NCBI GenBank assembly: GCA_016840425.1
Contig: JAEOSI010000004.1
Coordinates: 1-26,044, forward strand
DNA length: 26,044 nt
Source: Candidatus Wukongarchaeum yapensis
Lineage (GTDB): Archaea > Asgardarchaeota > Wukongarchaeia > Wukongarchaeales > Wukongarchaeaceae
Direction of reading: 5' to 3'
In this document: piece after piece, positions 8,376 through 16,293 of the stretch
Numbering within the stretch: the stretch's first letter is position 1
Layout of the letters: each line of letters starts with the position of its first letter
The notes under the pieces: generated by a model
Told to the model about the DNA's origin: nothing
What the model saw: only the letters and a program-made list of their open reading frames with translations
Databases searched by the model: none
Made by a program: the position numbers and the translations under genes

Positions 8376-9350
8376 TTGAGGCGTAAAATGCTGGTTAAGG
8401 ATGAAGAGCCGACTGATCCGGACTATGGGGGGGATCCGAGTAAAAGGGAGTTAGGCGAGTATATAAGGAAGGGTGTTATTAATCTTGATAAACCGGCAAA
8501 TCCTACTAGTCACCAGGTTAGTGCGTGGGCCAAAGAGATTTTGAAGGTTGAAAAGATTGGTCATGGTGGTACCCTTGACCCGAGGGTTACTGGCGTTCTC
8601 CCTTTAGCGATTTTGGACGCGACGAAGATAGTTCAGGCGCTCCTTCAGGCAGGGAAAGATTATGTGTGTGTTATGAATGTTCATGGGGACTTTTCAGAAG
8701 AGGAATTGCTAGGTGTATGCAAGAAGTTTGTGGGGAAGATTTATCAAAAACCTCCTTTAAGGTCTTCGGTTAAGCGTAGAGTAAGGGTTCGGGAGATATA
8801 TTATTTAGATGTTTTAGAGGCGGAGAACCCTTATGTTTTGATGAGGGTTGGGTGTCAAGCAGGGACTTATATGCGTAAACTTTGCTATGACATTGGGGAG
8901 GTTTTGGGTTGTGGAGCGCATATGAAGGAGCTTAGGAGGACTAGGGTGGGATCTTTTAAAGAGGATGACACCCTTGTAAATCTCCAAGATGTTAAAGATG
9001 GTTATGTTTTTTGGGAAGAGGAGGAAGATGAGAGATATTTGAGGAATGTTATAAAGCCCTTGGAATATGGTTTAAACCATTTACCGAAGATAATTATTAG
9101 GGATTCTGCTGTCGATGCTATATGTCATGGCGCGGATTTAGCGGCGCCAGGTGTCCTTAAGCTTCATGAAAAAATAAAAGCCGGAGAACTTGTTGCTTTG
9201 TTTACTCAAAAAGGTGAAGCTATAGCCCTTGCCCTTACGACTGTTGAAAGTGAGAAAATAGTGGAAATGAACCATGGGATTGTAGCAAAAACTGAACGCG
9301 TGATCATGGAAAGAGGCTCTTACCCAAAATCATGGAAAAAAGAAAAATAA
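8376..9350 (+). CDS. cbf5: H/ACA RNA-guided pseudouridine synthase Cbf5 (TruB family) with PUA domain
   Basis: LDKPANPTSHQV, GHGGTLDP (catalytic Asp), IYQKPPLRSSVKR, CQAGTYMRKL, ELRRTRVG, PUA SAVDAICHGA. Start uncertain (see findings). Confidence 0.97.
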   Translation: MRRKMLVKDEEPTDPDYGGDPSKRELGEYIRKGVINLDKPANPTSHQVSAWAKEILKVEKIGHGGTLDPRVTGVLPLAILDATKIVQALLQAGKDYVCVMNVHGDFSEEELLGVCKKFVGKIYQKPPLRSSVKRRVRVREIYYLDVLEAENPYVLMRVGCQAGTYMRKLCYDIGEVLGCGAHMKELRRTRVGSFKEDDTLVNLQDVKDGYVFWEEEEDERYLRNVIKPLEYGLNHLPKIIIRDSAVDAICHGADLAAPGVLKLHEKIKAGELVALFTQKGEAIALALTTVESEKIVEMNHGIVAKTERVIMERGSYPKSWKKEK

Positions 9351-9395
9351 TAGTCGTATTATGTGATCTTTGCGCTGCAGTCTTTATTGATGCGA

Positions 9396-9914
9396 TTATT
9401 CGCTGGAACGTGCCTTGGCTTCTACTGATTTAATAAACGATGTTTTGGCATCTGTGTAGGCATCACGGTCTGAACCGTGCTTGGCTGCCAACTCCTTCTT
9501 CAAATGATAATATTCTTGAGCAACTTTGGGACGAGTGCGGAGGTAATCTCGAAACAATAAGTGTCGCTGCCAAAAAACACTCGTTAGTTCGACCATATGT
9601 ATGTGATATTTTCGAGATTCTGGAGGGCTCTTCCAGAAAAAGCGCCTTTCAGGTAATGAATCCTCAAATTCAGGAACGTACTCATAGCCAACGCTTTTGA
9701 GCGGTTCGATACCCTTTTCCGCATCAGCGAGGTGACGGACAGCTATCATTATGTCAATGATCGGCTTTGCGCCTAATCCAGGTACTGCAGTACTACCAAT
9801 GTGCTCAATGGCTAAGACTATATGGCCGATAACTCCAAGAATTCTATCCTTCTCCTCTTCGTATTGGATTGGCCATTGGGGGTCGTAATCAACAATTCTG
9901 ACAGGAGAGCGCAT
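9396..9914 (-). CDS. GrpB-family (UPF0157) nucleotidyltransferase-fold protein
   Basis: IVDYDPQWP..YEEE, IEHIGSTAVPGL.AKPIIDI, HIH, HLLFRDYLR, Y..LK.ELA, YTDAKT.FI; GAGGT RBS. Confidence 0.93.
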   Translation of the reverse strand: MRSPVRIVDYDPQWPIQYEEEKDRILGVIGHIVLAIEHIGSTAVPGLGAKPIIDIMIAVRHLADAEKGIEPLKSVGYEYVPEFEDSLPERRFFWKSPPESRKYHIHMVELTSVFWQRHLLFRDYLRTRPKVAQEYYHLKKELAAKHGSDRDAYTDAKTSFIKSVEAKARSSE

Positions 9915-9944
9915 ATCTCTTTTACCTCTTTAATAAAGCTGGGC

Positions 9945-11447
9945 TCATGGTAAGGTCGTCGAAAATGGCTTCACGTCTCGGTGGCAGAGTATCTGCACCA
10001 CATGGCGGCCAGAATAGAGGCACGGTGGGACCCCGCCACCTGGCATCACCCACTGACCAGCCATGTAAAAATTCTCTAAGCCGGGCAGAGTTTTTTTAAT
10101 TTGAGTAATGATTGCATCCGGGGTAGGCAGCCAGCCCTCGGGAGATCCTTTGTAATTGCGAGTGTAACGCCACCAAGTGTGAGGCGTGGCAATATCGGTC
10201 ATCTCCACATGGGATGAGATGTCGGGATAGCGCGTTTCTAGTCGTTCTAGAATTTCCTCCGCTATTCGTTCTTTTTCGGCTTCGTAGCTTGGTCGATCTT
10301 TTTGCAATTCGTTCCAAAAATTCCACTCTGTTTCGATCATTGATTGGATTACTGTTTTGCCCTTAGAGGCAAATTTGTCACTATAATTGAAGATGCGGAG
10401 AGTGATCCCATAAATAACTTGATTGCCTATGGTTAAGGGGTGCTCTAGTTTTATTATGTTAATATACGGGTCGCTTGTGAATTCACGGGTTAAGCCGAAA
10501 TTGACCATAACGATGGGGCGGAATAGTTTCCAATTCTTGTATCGGTTCTCGATCTTCTTGTCTACGTAGCGCCCGTCTAGCATCTTGTAGATGGTGCTGT
10601 ACCCGTCGGCGGCGGAGACCACGATGTCTGCTCGGTGCTCGCTGCCATCAGCTAGTCGTACTCCCACGGCTCGATCGTTTTCCACCAAAATTTTCTCGAC
10701 GGTGGCTTTGTAGGTAATTTGCCCGCCTAGGTCCTTGTAACGTTTCTCGATGGGCATGACAAAGTCAAGCAATCCGCCTTCAATCGACCCTAATTGTCCG
10801 TCCGCTATCATTGCTAATATCATGAGGATAAACTAAACCGGTACCTCTGGCAGGAACATGTTCTTGATGACGTAACGTAGCCACGGGTCATGAATACGTT
10901 TCGGGAAATCTTCAACGGGCTTAGAATATTTGCCGATATAGTATCTGAACATTCGCCGAATTTTCCACATCTGTTTGAGCTTGCCTAGGAAGGCTATCAA
11001 TTCCGGTGCTTTGCTCATCATCTCCTCCATGTCGTATCCTTGCATGGCACGGGCACCGGTGATTAAGCTGTCGATGATTTTGGTATCAGGAGGTGAAAAG
11101 GCGTTTAAATCGTTTGCCAGGCGGTCCAGATCTTGGGTGACATCCAAAATTCGTCCACTGGTTTCATCGATTAAGCGTATGTAAGTAGTCATGTCGATGA
11201 AGCGGTTGGCTTGGGCTGTGCCTAGTTCGCGGTATAGCTCATAGGTTGACCTTCCTAGCTTGTGATCCATCACGAAGTGGATGCCGCCGTCAATTATGTA
11301 CCCTTTGCGTTTCCAGCAGGTAGCTACTCCTCCTGGTTTATTGTGGTGTTCGAAGATTTGGGTTTGATATCCGTTCATTTGCGCGTAGCATCCGGTGGTT
11401 AGACCAGCTAGTCCAGCTCCAATTATTATGATCGATTTTTCAGCCAC
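9945..11447 (-). pseudogene. Phytoene dehydrogenase-like (CrtI/COG1233) FAD-dependent oxidoreductase interrupted by one in-frame TAG at 10833-10835
   Basis: N-half has the Rossmann motif IIIIGAGLAGL and E.HNKPGG..DGGIH; C-half has ADIVVSAADG, DIATPHTWWRYT.N..G, GLENFYMAGQWVMPGGGVP. The two ORF-track halves are in the same frame: CCG GTT TAG TTT ATC CTC ATG. Full length is 500 codons plus stop. Confidence 0.85.
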
Positions 11448-11531
11448 TTTTTTCCTCCATTTCTTGACGGTATGTGCCTAACTATTATTTTTCCGAGTTT
11501 TTTATTTTATCGCTATTTTTTGGAGTTAAAG

Positions 11532-11546
11532 CGAAATTTTATTAAG
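11532..11546 (+). promoter_or_regulatory. Candidate BRE/TATA upstream of pus10
   Basis: CGAAA-TTTTATTAAG; a near-identical motif recurs at 13043-13059. Confidence 0.4.
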
Positions 11547-11661
11547 TTACATTATGATTTTTTTATGGGGTTTAAAAATAAAAAAATTAGTCATGAGAAT
11601 GATATTAGAAAAAATGGGGTAGGGAGTAACGGTTTAGAGGATGATATTATGAGGGTTTGAG

Positions 11662-13038
11662 GTGAAAATGGAGGGTTTAAGCAAAGTTTTGGAGAAGGCT
11701 TTAGATATATTAGAGACGAGGATTATTTGTCCTTCTTGTCTTGGTAGGCAGTTTGCGTTACTTGGTCATGGAGTGGCTAATTTTAGTAGGGGATTAACGA
11801 TCCTAGATTTTATTGTTCTTTCAGCTCATACAACTTATATGGAGGGTGAGAAAGAGGAAGATCGAGAAAAAGCACTTAAGATTTTATATGCGGCTTTTAA
11901 ATCTGGGAGTAAGTTAGCAGGCACAACTCTTGAAAAAATAATAGGAAAAGAGGGAGATCTTTATCAAAAGTTTGAGAAGGATTATGGAGAAGTTTGTTGG
12001 CTTTGCGAAGGGTTGTTTTCTCGCTTAGAATCTTTAGCTTTAAAAGTGGTTAAGGAAGGGAAAAAGGTTGAGTTTGAAACTTTTTTGATAGGCTGTGTTG
12101 TTAATCCTTTGTTGATTGAGAGGGAAGATTGTTTACGGGCTGAATATGGTTTGGTTTGGGGTGAGTCTTTAAAGTCTGAGTTGAATCGTGAGGTCGGTAA
12201 GATTGTTTCGAAACTTGCGGGGAAGGGTGTGGATTTTAATAGACCGGATGTCGTTTTTTTGATGGATTTGGTGAGTGATGTTGTTGAGGTTAAGGCTTCT
12301 TCTATTTTTGTTTATAGTAGGTATCGTAAGTTGAAGGTAGGTGTTCCACAAGCGCCCTGGTTTTGTAAAAATTGTAAGGGTGTGGGTTGTGATGAGTGTG
12401 GTGGTTCAGGGCGTCGTTATGAGACCTCCATCGCTGAGCTTATTTGTGAGCCTGCCCAGGAATTAGCAAAAGGGGTAGGTTGGAAGTTTCATGCTGCAGG
12501 GAGGGAGGATGTTGATGCTTTGATGCTTGGAAGCGGAAGACCTTTTGTTATTGAGGTAAAAAACCCTAAAATAAGGAGTGTTGATCTAAAACTTCTTCAA
12601 GAAAAGATTTCTGAGGGGGGTAGGGGGATTATTGAGGTTGATTCTTTTAGGTTCAGTGATAAGGAGGAGGTTCGGCGGCTTAAAGAAGCAAGTAGTATGG
12701 CGCAGAAAACTTATAGGACCATTGTTAAACTTGAAAATGAGGCCATTGAGGAGAATCTTAAAGTGTTAGAGGAACAGTTTTCGGGTGTTAATGTCTCCCA
12801 GAGGACTCCTACAAGAGTTCTTCACCGGCGAACCGATATTGAAAGAATAAAAAAAGTTTTTAGTTTAAAAGCGCGAAAGATTGATAGGTTTCATGTTGAA
12901 CTGCTTATAACAACTCAAGGAGGAACGTATGTAAAAGAACTTATAAGCGGTGATGAAGGTCGAACTAAGCCTAGTGTAGCAGAGGTTTTAGGAATAAAAG
13001 CAGAGTGTTTAGAGTTAAGCGTGGTTTCCGTGGAGTAA
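11662..13038 (+). CDS. pus10: tRNA pseudouridine(54/55) synthase Pus10
   Basis: N-terminal CPSCLGRQF, C.LCEG, RYRKL..GVPQ..W, CxxCxGxGCxxC, catalytic FHAAGREDVDA, GRPF, QRTP.RV.HRR.D, GGTYVKELISGD.GRT.PS. Confidence 0.96.
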   Translation: MKMEGLSKVLEKALDILETRIICPSCLGRQFALLGHGVANFSRGLTILDFIVLSAHTTYMEGEKEEDREKALKILYAAFKSGSKLAGTTLEKIIGKEGDLYQKFEKDYGEVCWLCEGLFSRLESLALKVVKEGKKVEFETFLIGCVVNPLLIEREDCLRAEYGLVWGESLKSELNREVGKIVSKLAGKGVDFNRPDVVFLMDLVSDVVEVKASSIFVYSRYRKLKVGVPQAPWFCKNCKGVGCDECGGSGRRYETSIAELICEPAQELAKGVGWKFHAAGREDVDALMLGSGRPFVIEVKNPKIRSVDLKLLQEKISEGGRGIIEVDSFRFSDKEEVRRLKEASSMAQKTYRTIVKLENEAIEENLKVLEEQFSGVNVSQRTPTRVLHRRTDIERIKKVFSLKARKIDRFHVELLITTQGGTYVKELISGDEGRTKPSVAEVLGIKAECLELSVVSVE

Positions 13039-13042
13039 GTAA

Positions 13043-13059
13043 CGAAATTTTTTATTAAG
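13043..13059 (+). promoter_or_regulatory. Candidate BRE/TATA upstream of eL21 (the T6 could also terminate pus10)
   Basis: CGAAA-TTTTTTATTAAG just after the pus10 stop. Confidence 0.35.
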
Positions 13060-13163
13060 AATGTTTTTAACTATATTCTATCTTATCAAAAACGAGTAGT
13101 TTAAATTGATTTGGGTAGTTTAAGGTTTTACGGAGCGAAAATGTTTTCGTCAAGGTGGTTTTC

Positions 13164-13460
13164 GTGGTTAGAAGAACGAGTGGTCCTCGTAGGCGGACAA
13201 GGAGAAAGCTTAAGAAACATGTGAGGAGGAAAGGATTGCCGCCGATAAGCAAGTTGTTAGTGGACTACAATGTAGGGGATAAAGTAGATATAATTATCGA
13301 TCCTAGCGTGCATAAAGGCATGCCATATAGAAGATTTTACGGAAGAACTGCTGAAGTAATCGATAAACGTGGTCAGGCCTATATCCTCAAAGTTAGGGAT
13401 GGTAACGGTTATAAAACGGTTTTCTCAAGACCAGAGCATATCAGGCTTCACATTAAATGA
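13164..13460 (+). CDS. rpl21e: 50S ribosomal protein eL21 (L21e)
   Basis: G.RRRTRRKL.K..R.KG, GDKVDIIIDPSVHKGMPYRRFYGRT, RPEHIR. GTG 13164 follows an AGGTGG RBS. Confidence 0.97.
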   Translation: MVRRTSGPRRRTRRKLKKHVRRKGLPPISKLLVDYNVGDKVDIIIDPSVHKGMPYRRFYGRTAEVIDKRGQAYILKVRDGNGYKTVFSRPEHIRLHIK

Positions 13461-13514
13461 AAAAGCTTATTTTTGTGTTTATTAATTGGGTAGAAGTTAG
13501 TGGAGGAATTTTTA

Positions 13515-13871
13515 TTGCCGCGGGAGATTATGGATTCTCGTACTACAAATCTGGCCGAAGTTAAAGAGATTTTGGATAAGCGTAATGAGGAATCTGAGCT
13601 TGGATATATTGGAAGAATTACGCGGGAGTATGCTGCTAAATTTTCCCATGTGGAAGATTCAAAAACAGCTAACGAGCTTGTTGACTTTTTGGTTTCGGAA
13701 TATGATTTTGATAAAGAAGAAGCAATAATGCTCGTAAATGTGTTACCTTTAACGATTGATGAACTACGTCCTTTAATCTCTGAGCTTAAGAGTGTAAAGA
13801 AAAATCTAAAAACAGAGGATCTTCAGACTATTTTAGAAGTTTTCAAAGAGAAGGCGAAAAAGGAATTATAA
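13515..13871 (+). CDS. rpo4: DNA-directed RNA polymerase subunit F (Rpo4)
   Basis: LAEVKEIL..R, T.EYAAKFS, EA..LVNVLP.T.DELR; canonical eL21-rpo4-DUF655-ksgA order; TTG 13515 after GGAGG. Confidence 0.9.
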   Translation: MPREIMDSRTTNLAEVKEILDKRNEESELGYIGRITREYAAKFSHVEDSKTANELVDFLVSEYDFDKEEAIMLVNVLPLTIDELRPLISELKSVKKNLKTEDLQTILEVFKEKAKKEL

Positions 13872-14011
13872 TGGTAATAGGGGTGAATCTTAAAAATATT
13901 ACTGTTTCTCCGCGCTTAACATATTTTAGCTTTTTTTAAATTAGAATGTTAGATCTTTTTGGGATTTTGGATTCTGACTTGTTTATCATCTTATCTTTTG
14001 GGGAGAAAATC

Positions 14012-14728
14012 ATGCCAAGTAGAAGGAAGAGTGAAAAAACGGTAAAAAGTAAAAAATATGAAGATTACGTAGTGGTTTTAGAATACCTGTCTGAAGGATA
14101 TTTAGAAGAAAAACCGCCCTTTAAGCGTGAACCTATAATACAGGCAATTGGAGAGTATTTTTTCACGTTTTTAGAGCTTTCGCCTTTATCCTCTAACATC
14201 CCTATAGAGTTACATCAACGTATAAGTATAGTTAAAGAAAGGAAAAATAAAATGGTTCAAGTAAAAAGGCGTCTTACCTATAAGGATTTAACTGCAACAG
14301 CTAAAGCTGAGCTTCCCTCAGTGATTGAAGAGATCGTTGAGCGGCAAACAAAAAGGTTTGTAAACTGGTTTAATAAAGCGAGTCCTATAACGACTAGGAT
14401 GCACCAACTTTCTTTGCTGCCAGGAATCGGAAATAAGTATTTATGGAGTATTTTAGAGGAGAAAAAAAAGACACCTTTCACAAGCTTTGAAGATATCAAG
14501 GAACGTACTAGTTTATCGGATCCTAAAAAGTTGATTGTGAAACGGATTTTACACGAATTAGAGAAAGAAGATGTAAAATACAGGCTCTTTACAAGAAGGT
14601 TTAAATCTTTGGAAGAGGAAGAAAGCGGCGAAAGTGAAGGGAAAGAATATCGAAAAGAAAGGCCTCCTCCGAAAAAATATCGAAAAGAAAGGGCTTCTCC
14701 CCATGAAAAACCAAGAAAACGCTCTTAA
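14012..14728 (+). CDS. DUF655 predicted nucleic-acid-binding protein (OB fold plus HhH) with charged C-terminal extension
   Basis: YEDYVVVLEYL..G, QAIGE.FFTFLEL, Y.DLT.TAK.EL, FVNWFN.A.PITTRMHQL.LLPGIG.K. ATG 14012 after GGGGAG. Confidence 0.92.
   Translation: MPSRRKSEKTVKSKKYEDYVVVLEYLSEGYLEEKPPFKREPIIQAIGEYFFTFLELSPLSSNIPIELHQRISIVKERKNKMVQVKRRLTYKDLTATAKAELPSVIEEIVERQTKRFVNWFNKASPITTRMHQLSLLPGIGNKYLWSILEEKKKTPFTSFEDIKERTSLSDPKKLIVKRILHELEKEDVKYRLFTRRFKSLEEEESGESEGKEYRKERPPPKKYRKERASPHEKPRKRS
14641..14700 (+). repeat. Two 30-bp tandem copies (27/30 identical)
   Basis: GAAAGAATATCGAAAAGAAAGGCCTCCTCC followed by GAAAAAATATCGAAAAGAAAGGGCTTCTCC. Confidence 0.92.
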
Positions 14729-15587
14729 AGAGGTTAAAACGCTTCTTAAAAAGCACTCTATTTCCTACCTGCGTAAAGCTTTTGGACAAAAATTTCTCAT
14801 AGATTTTTCAATATTAGAAAGACAAATTATCCTAGCTGATATCACTGGTAAAGATAAAGTTTTAGAGATTGGTGCAGGTTTAGGGACGCTAACGAGAAAG
14901 TTGGCGGAGAAAGCAGGTAAAGTATACACTTTTGAATCAGATAAAAAGCTTGCTCATGCTTTGGAAAAAGAGGTTTCCGTTTTTCCTAATGTTGAAGTAA
15001 TACCCGAAGATGCTGTAAAAAGCCCCTTTCCTCCATTTAACAAATGTGTAAGCAATCTCCCCTATAATATATCTTCTCCAATAATGTTTAAATTACTAAA
15101 ACACGATTTTGAACATGCTGTGTTAATGTTACAAAAGGAGTTTGCTGAAAGACTTGTTTCAAAACCCGGCTCTAAAGACTATTCACGCCTCACGGTTTTA
15201 GCTTCTTTAAAAACAAAAATTGAGATCGCACAAATCGTTCCAAAAACAGCTTTTTATCCTGTTCCAAAAGTTGATTCAGTCTTAGCCGTAATAAACCCCA
15301 TAAGATCTCCTTTCGAAAAAGATCTGGAAGAACGACTTGAAGACTTACTAAGGGTACTATTTAGCCGTAAATCAAGAAAAGTACGCAAAGTTTTAAGGAG
15401 TTTTCTTAACAAAAAGATTCAAGACAAAGCATTTACAAAAAAAATTGTTTCAAAGCTTCCCTATGCTGAAGAAAGGATAAAGTTTTTACAACCTATTCAA
15501 TTTATAAACATCACAAAAACCTTAATACGATTGTTAGAAGAGGTGGGAATAGGGTGGGAAGACGTATTTTCTGGCACAAAGACGTAA
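14703..15587 (+). CDS. ksgA: 16S rRNA dimethyladenosine transferase KsgA/RsmA/Dim1
   Basis: K.FGQ.FLID, VLEIGAGLGTLT, SNLPYNISSPI, MLQKEFAERL...PG.K.Y.RL, F.P.PKVDS. ATG 14703 preferred; alternative GTG at 14634. Confidence 0.96.
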   Translation: MKNQENALKEVKTLLKKHSISYLRKAFGQKFLIDFSILERQIILADITGKDKVLEIGAGLGTLTRKLAEKAGKVYTFESDKKLAHALEKEVSVFPNVEVIPEDAVKSPFPPFNKCVSNLPYNISSPIMFKLLKHDFEHAVLMLQKEFAERLVSKPGSKDYSRLTVLASLKTKIEIAQIVPKTAFYPVPKVDSVLAVINPIRSPFEKDLEERLEDLLRVLFSRKSRKVRKVLRSFLNKKIQDKAFTKKIVSKLPYAEERIKFLQPIQFINITKTLIRLLEEVGIGWEDVFSGTKT

Positions 15588-16198
15588 AAGTAGAGCTTGA
15601 CGATGAAAAAGTTTACGCTCCTGCAGAAGATACTTTTCTACTACTTGACAGCGTGGAACCCTTAGTTTCAGACAGGGATGTAGTTTTAGAGATAGGGGTT
15701 GGAAGCGGGATCATAGCCCTTGCCCTTGCAAAACATGCAAAAAAAGTTGTGGGCATAGACATTTCAAAAGAAGCAGTAAAATGCACAAAAAACAATGCTA
15801 AAAATAATCACTTAGAAACCAAAATAGAAGTAATTCTCGGAGACCTATTCAACCCCCTAAAAACAGAAGCAAAGTTTGACTTAATATTGTTTAACCCACC
15901 CTACTTACCCTCAGAAGAAACAGATGGAAAGATCTTGATGAAAAAACCAGAATTAAAAACAGTTTCAAAAATGTGGAACGGTCTAGGGCGAAAGGGAAGA
16001 AAAATAATAGACAGATTCCTTAATGAATTAAAAATAAGGCTCCAAAAAGATGGCCAAGCTTTACTTGTACAATCTTCTATAAACGACTTGGAAAAAACCC
16101 TATCTTTGACCGAGAAAATGGGTTTAAAATGCCAAATTTTGGCCAAGAAAAAACTCTTTTTTGAAGAACTATCCACCATAAAAATCAAACAAAAATAG
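15554..16198 (+). CDS. HemK/PrmC-family (HemK2/Mtq2-like) SAM-dependent N-methyltransferase, probable release-factor Gln methylase
   Basis: VY.PAEDTFLL, VLEIGVGSG, DLILFNPPYLP, GRK.IDRFL; GAGGTG RBS; overlaps the 3' end of ksgA by 34 nt. Confidence 0.92.
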   Translation: MGRRIFWHKDVKVELDDEKVYAPAEDTFLLLDSVEPLVSDRDVVLEIGVGSGIIALALAKHAKKVVGIDISKEAVKCTKNNAKNNHLETKIEVILGDLFNPLKTEAKFDLILFNPPYLPSEETDGKILMKKPELKTVSKMWNGLGRKGRKIIDRFLNELKIRLQKDGQALLVQSSINDLEKTLSLTEKMGLKCQILAKKKLFFEELSTIKIKQK

Positions 16199-16226
16199 AA
16201 TAAAAAATGGTGATCAACTAAAATAG

Positions 16227-16241
16227 GGAAAAATTATAAGA
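16227..16241 (+). promoter_or_regulatory. Candidate BRE/TATA upstream of the MBL hydrolase
   Basis: GGAAAAA followed by TTATAAGA, about 50 nt upstream of TTG 16294. Confidence 0.35.
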
Positions 16242-16293
16242 GAAATAAGATGTTTAATTTTTAGTGTTTCCTTTTATTGGGAGGCGGTGGGTT

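Noticed and set aside
8376-9350. Possible bulge-helix-bulge intron in cbf5, as known in some Crenarchaeota
   Set aside because: The frame is continuous through KPANPTSH and GHGGTLDP with normal spacing, so no intron is needed.
9945-11447. Two separate genes, or a frameshifted gene, as the ORF track suggests
   Set aside because: The halves are in the same frame and separated only by one TAG plus three codons; together they form one CrtI-like protein.
11472-11660. 62-aa ORF between the islet and pus10
   Set aside because: AT-rich, low-complexity, no RBS or motif, and it sits in a divergent promoter region.
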